Positions 61,218-64,000 of a stretch of 64,000 bases of DNA are shown piece after piece. Position numbers and translations under genes: made by a program. Location: assembly GCA_026023565.1 (NCBI GenBank), contig JAPETS010000013.1, positions 186,001-250,000 on the forward strand, written 5' to 3'. Each line of letters begins with the position of its first letter. Position 1 is the stretch's first letter. The notes beneath the pieces are model-generated. The model saw only the letters and a program-made list of their open reading frames with translations, was not told the origin of the DNA and made no database searches. Source of the DNA: Cirrosporium novae-zelandiae (taxonomy: Eukaryota).

Positions 61218-63890
61218 TCAGTAATATTCATTGACGATATCGCTCTTTCGCAGTCGTCCACTTTTCCTTCCACCCATGCTTAGACGTGCTGGTCCTGCAA
61301 TGCTCTCTCTGGTTGGCTTCTTGAAGCTTCTTCTGGCCACCATGTCGACTTCGTTTGGTAGGGCGACAATGACGTTCTTGTCACTGCCGAATTTGAAGTT
61401 GTCGGCCTTAACCTCCTCTGCGTATCGCTTGATGGTGTATGGGTTTTTGTCTCCTCGAAGCAGCTTCTTCATGTTCCATGTTACGATGAAGGGGCCTGTG
61501 GCCGTGACGATGTTGGTTTCGTTGCTCTCGACGCCCGTATTGAACCGAGCTGTTGTAAACGACAACGGTGCTTTGGTTTCATGCTGGAATTGTGCAACGT
61601 GGGCCGGTTGCAACGCCAAACGACGAGGTTGAGGTTTGGCGTCTTTGGGGAACGCTTTCTGAAACCCGAGCTGATTTTCGTATTTTCCTGATTTTTGCAT
61701 TGCATCGACGAGGAGAAGGTAGGTTTTGCAAGTAGCAAGGACCCAGTGGCCGTCGGCTGACACATCTAATCCAATAATCTCTTCACCAAGGGCGGGAAGT
61801 GATGTTTTCGCTCTCATACCCAATTTATCAAACAAACGAATGTCTCCTTTGGTTGAGGCGACAGCGATAAACCCTTGTTCGGTTGTTGATGCAGCAGAGA
61901 AACCGGTTTTTCCAGTATATTGTTTGTATTCTGAATTGACAAGCTTATTACCAGTCAGGCGTGGGTCGATTCTGAAGAGAGCATTCTTAGAGAGACCTAA
62001 GAAGGTTTGTTCTCCAGTCATCTGAGCGAATTTCTGTTGAAAAGTTAGCTATCAGTTCAAAGTAGAGGGGAAACGGTGCTCACATTTTCAGGAGTAAAAA
62101 TGTTCACTGGAACATCATCATCAATCTTCCACTCATCGACGACCTTTCCGTACTCTAGATCCATCCTATATAGTGAATTTAGGTTATCTGGGTTTTGTAG
62201 GATCAAGTTTGTATCTTCCGCATGTAGCATGACCTTTTTGGGTTGGAACAGCTTTCCCTTGGGAGTTTCGACTTTGGAGATATTAGTCGTAAATTCGAGG
62301 TGGTTACTTGGCGTATGTTTAAAGACGCCAATCTTAGATCCTCGGACGACAAAAGACCTGTCGTGCTTGTAACCAACAGCCAACTGGGAATTGACATTTC
62401 CATCCTGAGGGCGAGTCTCGACATCGTCCTCTGACTCATCTGAATCGTAATGTTCGCTCCGAGGCCGATCATCATCTTCTTCGATATCTTCTTCTTCGAT
62501 ATCTTCCTCTTCTTGCTCTCTTTCCCGTGCTTCTGAATCCTCCATCGTGAGGTCTTGGAATGCTTCGAGCACATAGTCACGTTCATCATCCTTCGTTTTC
62601 ATCCATTTTATCTGATTCAGGTTCTCCCAAAGAGCTTGCATAAGGCCTTCTTGGAAATTTTCTTCTGTTTCTTGGTCCTTAAACCGCAGAAGCCAAGAAT
62701 ATGCTGAGCCATCTTCAGTGTAGTGGTTGAAAATGAAGGATAAAAACTCAAAGTTGAATACAGGGTTTATATCAGGCACAACAGGCTGCCCCAGCCATTC
62801 CCGATCATTTCCACTTATCTGTAGCCAATAGTTCCAATCACCAACTTCAAAAACAGTAGCAGTGACTTCCGGGTCCTGCTGCACGAATGTCCCGCTGGGA
62901 AAATCAAATAGATGAAGCTCTGCTTTCTCCTTCGCAAGCACTTCTAGACATTTGGGTATCGCAGCTGATGGAGGCGCAACAGTTGGTGTCTCATCTACTT
63001 CCTCCACCTCGACTTCTTCCACCTTCTTAGCCAGAGCCTTGCCCTTTCTAAAGAATTTCGGTGTCATTGTTTTGGGCTCTTCGGCTTGTATGGCGTCTAA
63101 ATCTAATGCGGCTAGTTGATCTAACCTTGTAGCCGACAACGGTGATCTTGCTGGCGATTTTATGGTGGGGCTGGCGATAGGGCTCGCAGTAGGAATTGGC
63201 TCTTCTTCCTCAAAAGAAAATTCCTTTAATTGGTCTTCGGTCGCCTTATCGTGACTTCGCCGATACTTGCGTTCAAATTGACACTGGACGGCAGCAATCT
63301 CAAAAGTCGAAACTTGACTCGGTGGAACTGAAGGGTCGCACACGAATTCGTAAAGGTCGCCTTCGTCGCCGCTGAGGTCTCTCCACGCAAGAACTTTTTC
63401 TTCTCCTTCTCTAATCTCAGCTCGAAAATGTAGAGTCTCGTCAAATAAAAAAGTCTTTTCGTCCTTTTCACCCCCTAACCTGGTTGTAGTGCCGCTCTCG
63501 TCGTCGTCGTCAGCAAGTAGCTCCTCCTCACCTTCTTCGTAGGCTCGTTGTATTACTAGCTGGTACTGGAAATCTTGTCCTGTCCGCCGAATACTGGCGG
63601 CGGCGTCTTTGAAGATAAGCTCCGAGTAGCCCTTGGGGGAGAGTGGGCGGACAAGGTAAAGCTGGCCTTGTTGTATTTCGACAATGGATTCTTTCGAAGG
63701 GTCGCCAAAGATATACTTGGTCACTGAGATAAAAATAGAGTTTGGCATTAGCAGATGAACCAGACCAAAAAATGAACAAAATCCAAATTCCTAAGTTGGT
63801 GCGACCATTGGGTGTTTGTAGGATGTGGGAGGTGATAGGAGCCGACAAGGGAATTGGAGGGGTAGATTTACCGTTCCTGAGCATAAACAT
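61218..63890 (-). CDS. VID27: Vacuolar import and degradation protein Vid27
   Basis: MFMLRN exon spliced to VTKYIFG, 'GQLYLVRPLSPKGYSELIFKDA', PH-like region, acidic linker, WD-like C-terminus 'NSQLAVGYKHDRSFVVRG', 'GKVVDEW', 'NALFRIDPR'. Introns at about 63725-63871 and 62034-62083. Confidence 0.92.
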
Positions 63891-64000
63891 GTTGGATGTT
63901 TATTCTGTGGATGTAGCGACTTGCAAGACTGGATGGAATTAAAGCTTTAACAAGAAGCTACCATCCAGATGATTTTAAAGGATCATGGCATAGAAAAATC

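Noticed and set aside
1..64000. tRNA/rRNA genes, TPP riboswitch, intact transposase or reverse transcriptase
   Set aside because: No cloverleaf, rRNA, TPP aptamer core or TE protein motifs recognised by eye. A tRNAscan-SE/Infernal/RepeatMasker run would be needed to exclude them formally.

Overview
Gene-dense, intron-containing fungal chromosome segment (filamentous ascomycete, Pezizomycotina; GT-AG introns with CTAAC-type branch sites). It holds about 23 mostly conserved housekeeping genes: RTF1 (partial), a DUF3602-type protein, ARP1, a secreted oxalate decarboxylase, ALG13, RSM24, a HAD hydrolase, ISW2, a HAPSTR1/C16orf72-like protein, a class-III aminotransferase, SKN7, GCD6, an Ariadne RBR ligase, mitoferrin MRS3/4, a SAP1/YTA6 AAA ATPase, LDB17, a GH47 mannosidase, MRPS17, a DSBA-like protein, ICL1, a Cys-rich hypothetical protein and VID27. 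The main exception is an accessory cassette at about 42.2-45.3 kb, between the convergent AAA-ATPase and LDB17 genes. It is a divergent pair: an intact HeLo-like cell-death effector with a C-terminal two-repeat HET-s-like amyloid domain, and a NACHT NLR whose first exon encodes one copy of the same amyloid motif. This is the layout of a fungal NLR-to-amyloid signalling system, but the NLR is pseudogenised and truncated. Secondary candidates are strongly base-paired long introns (LDB17, HAD), a possible non-AUG N-terminal extension with an NLS on the Ariadne ligase, and an intronless bacterial-like beta-amino-acid transaminase. All calls come from manual reading and translation. No database searches were run, and exon boundaries are best manual estimates.
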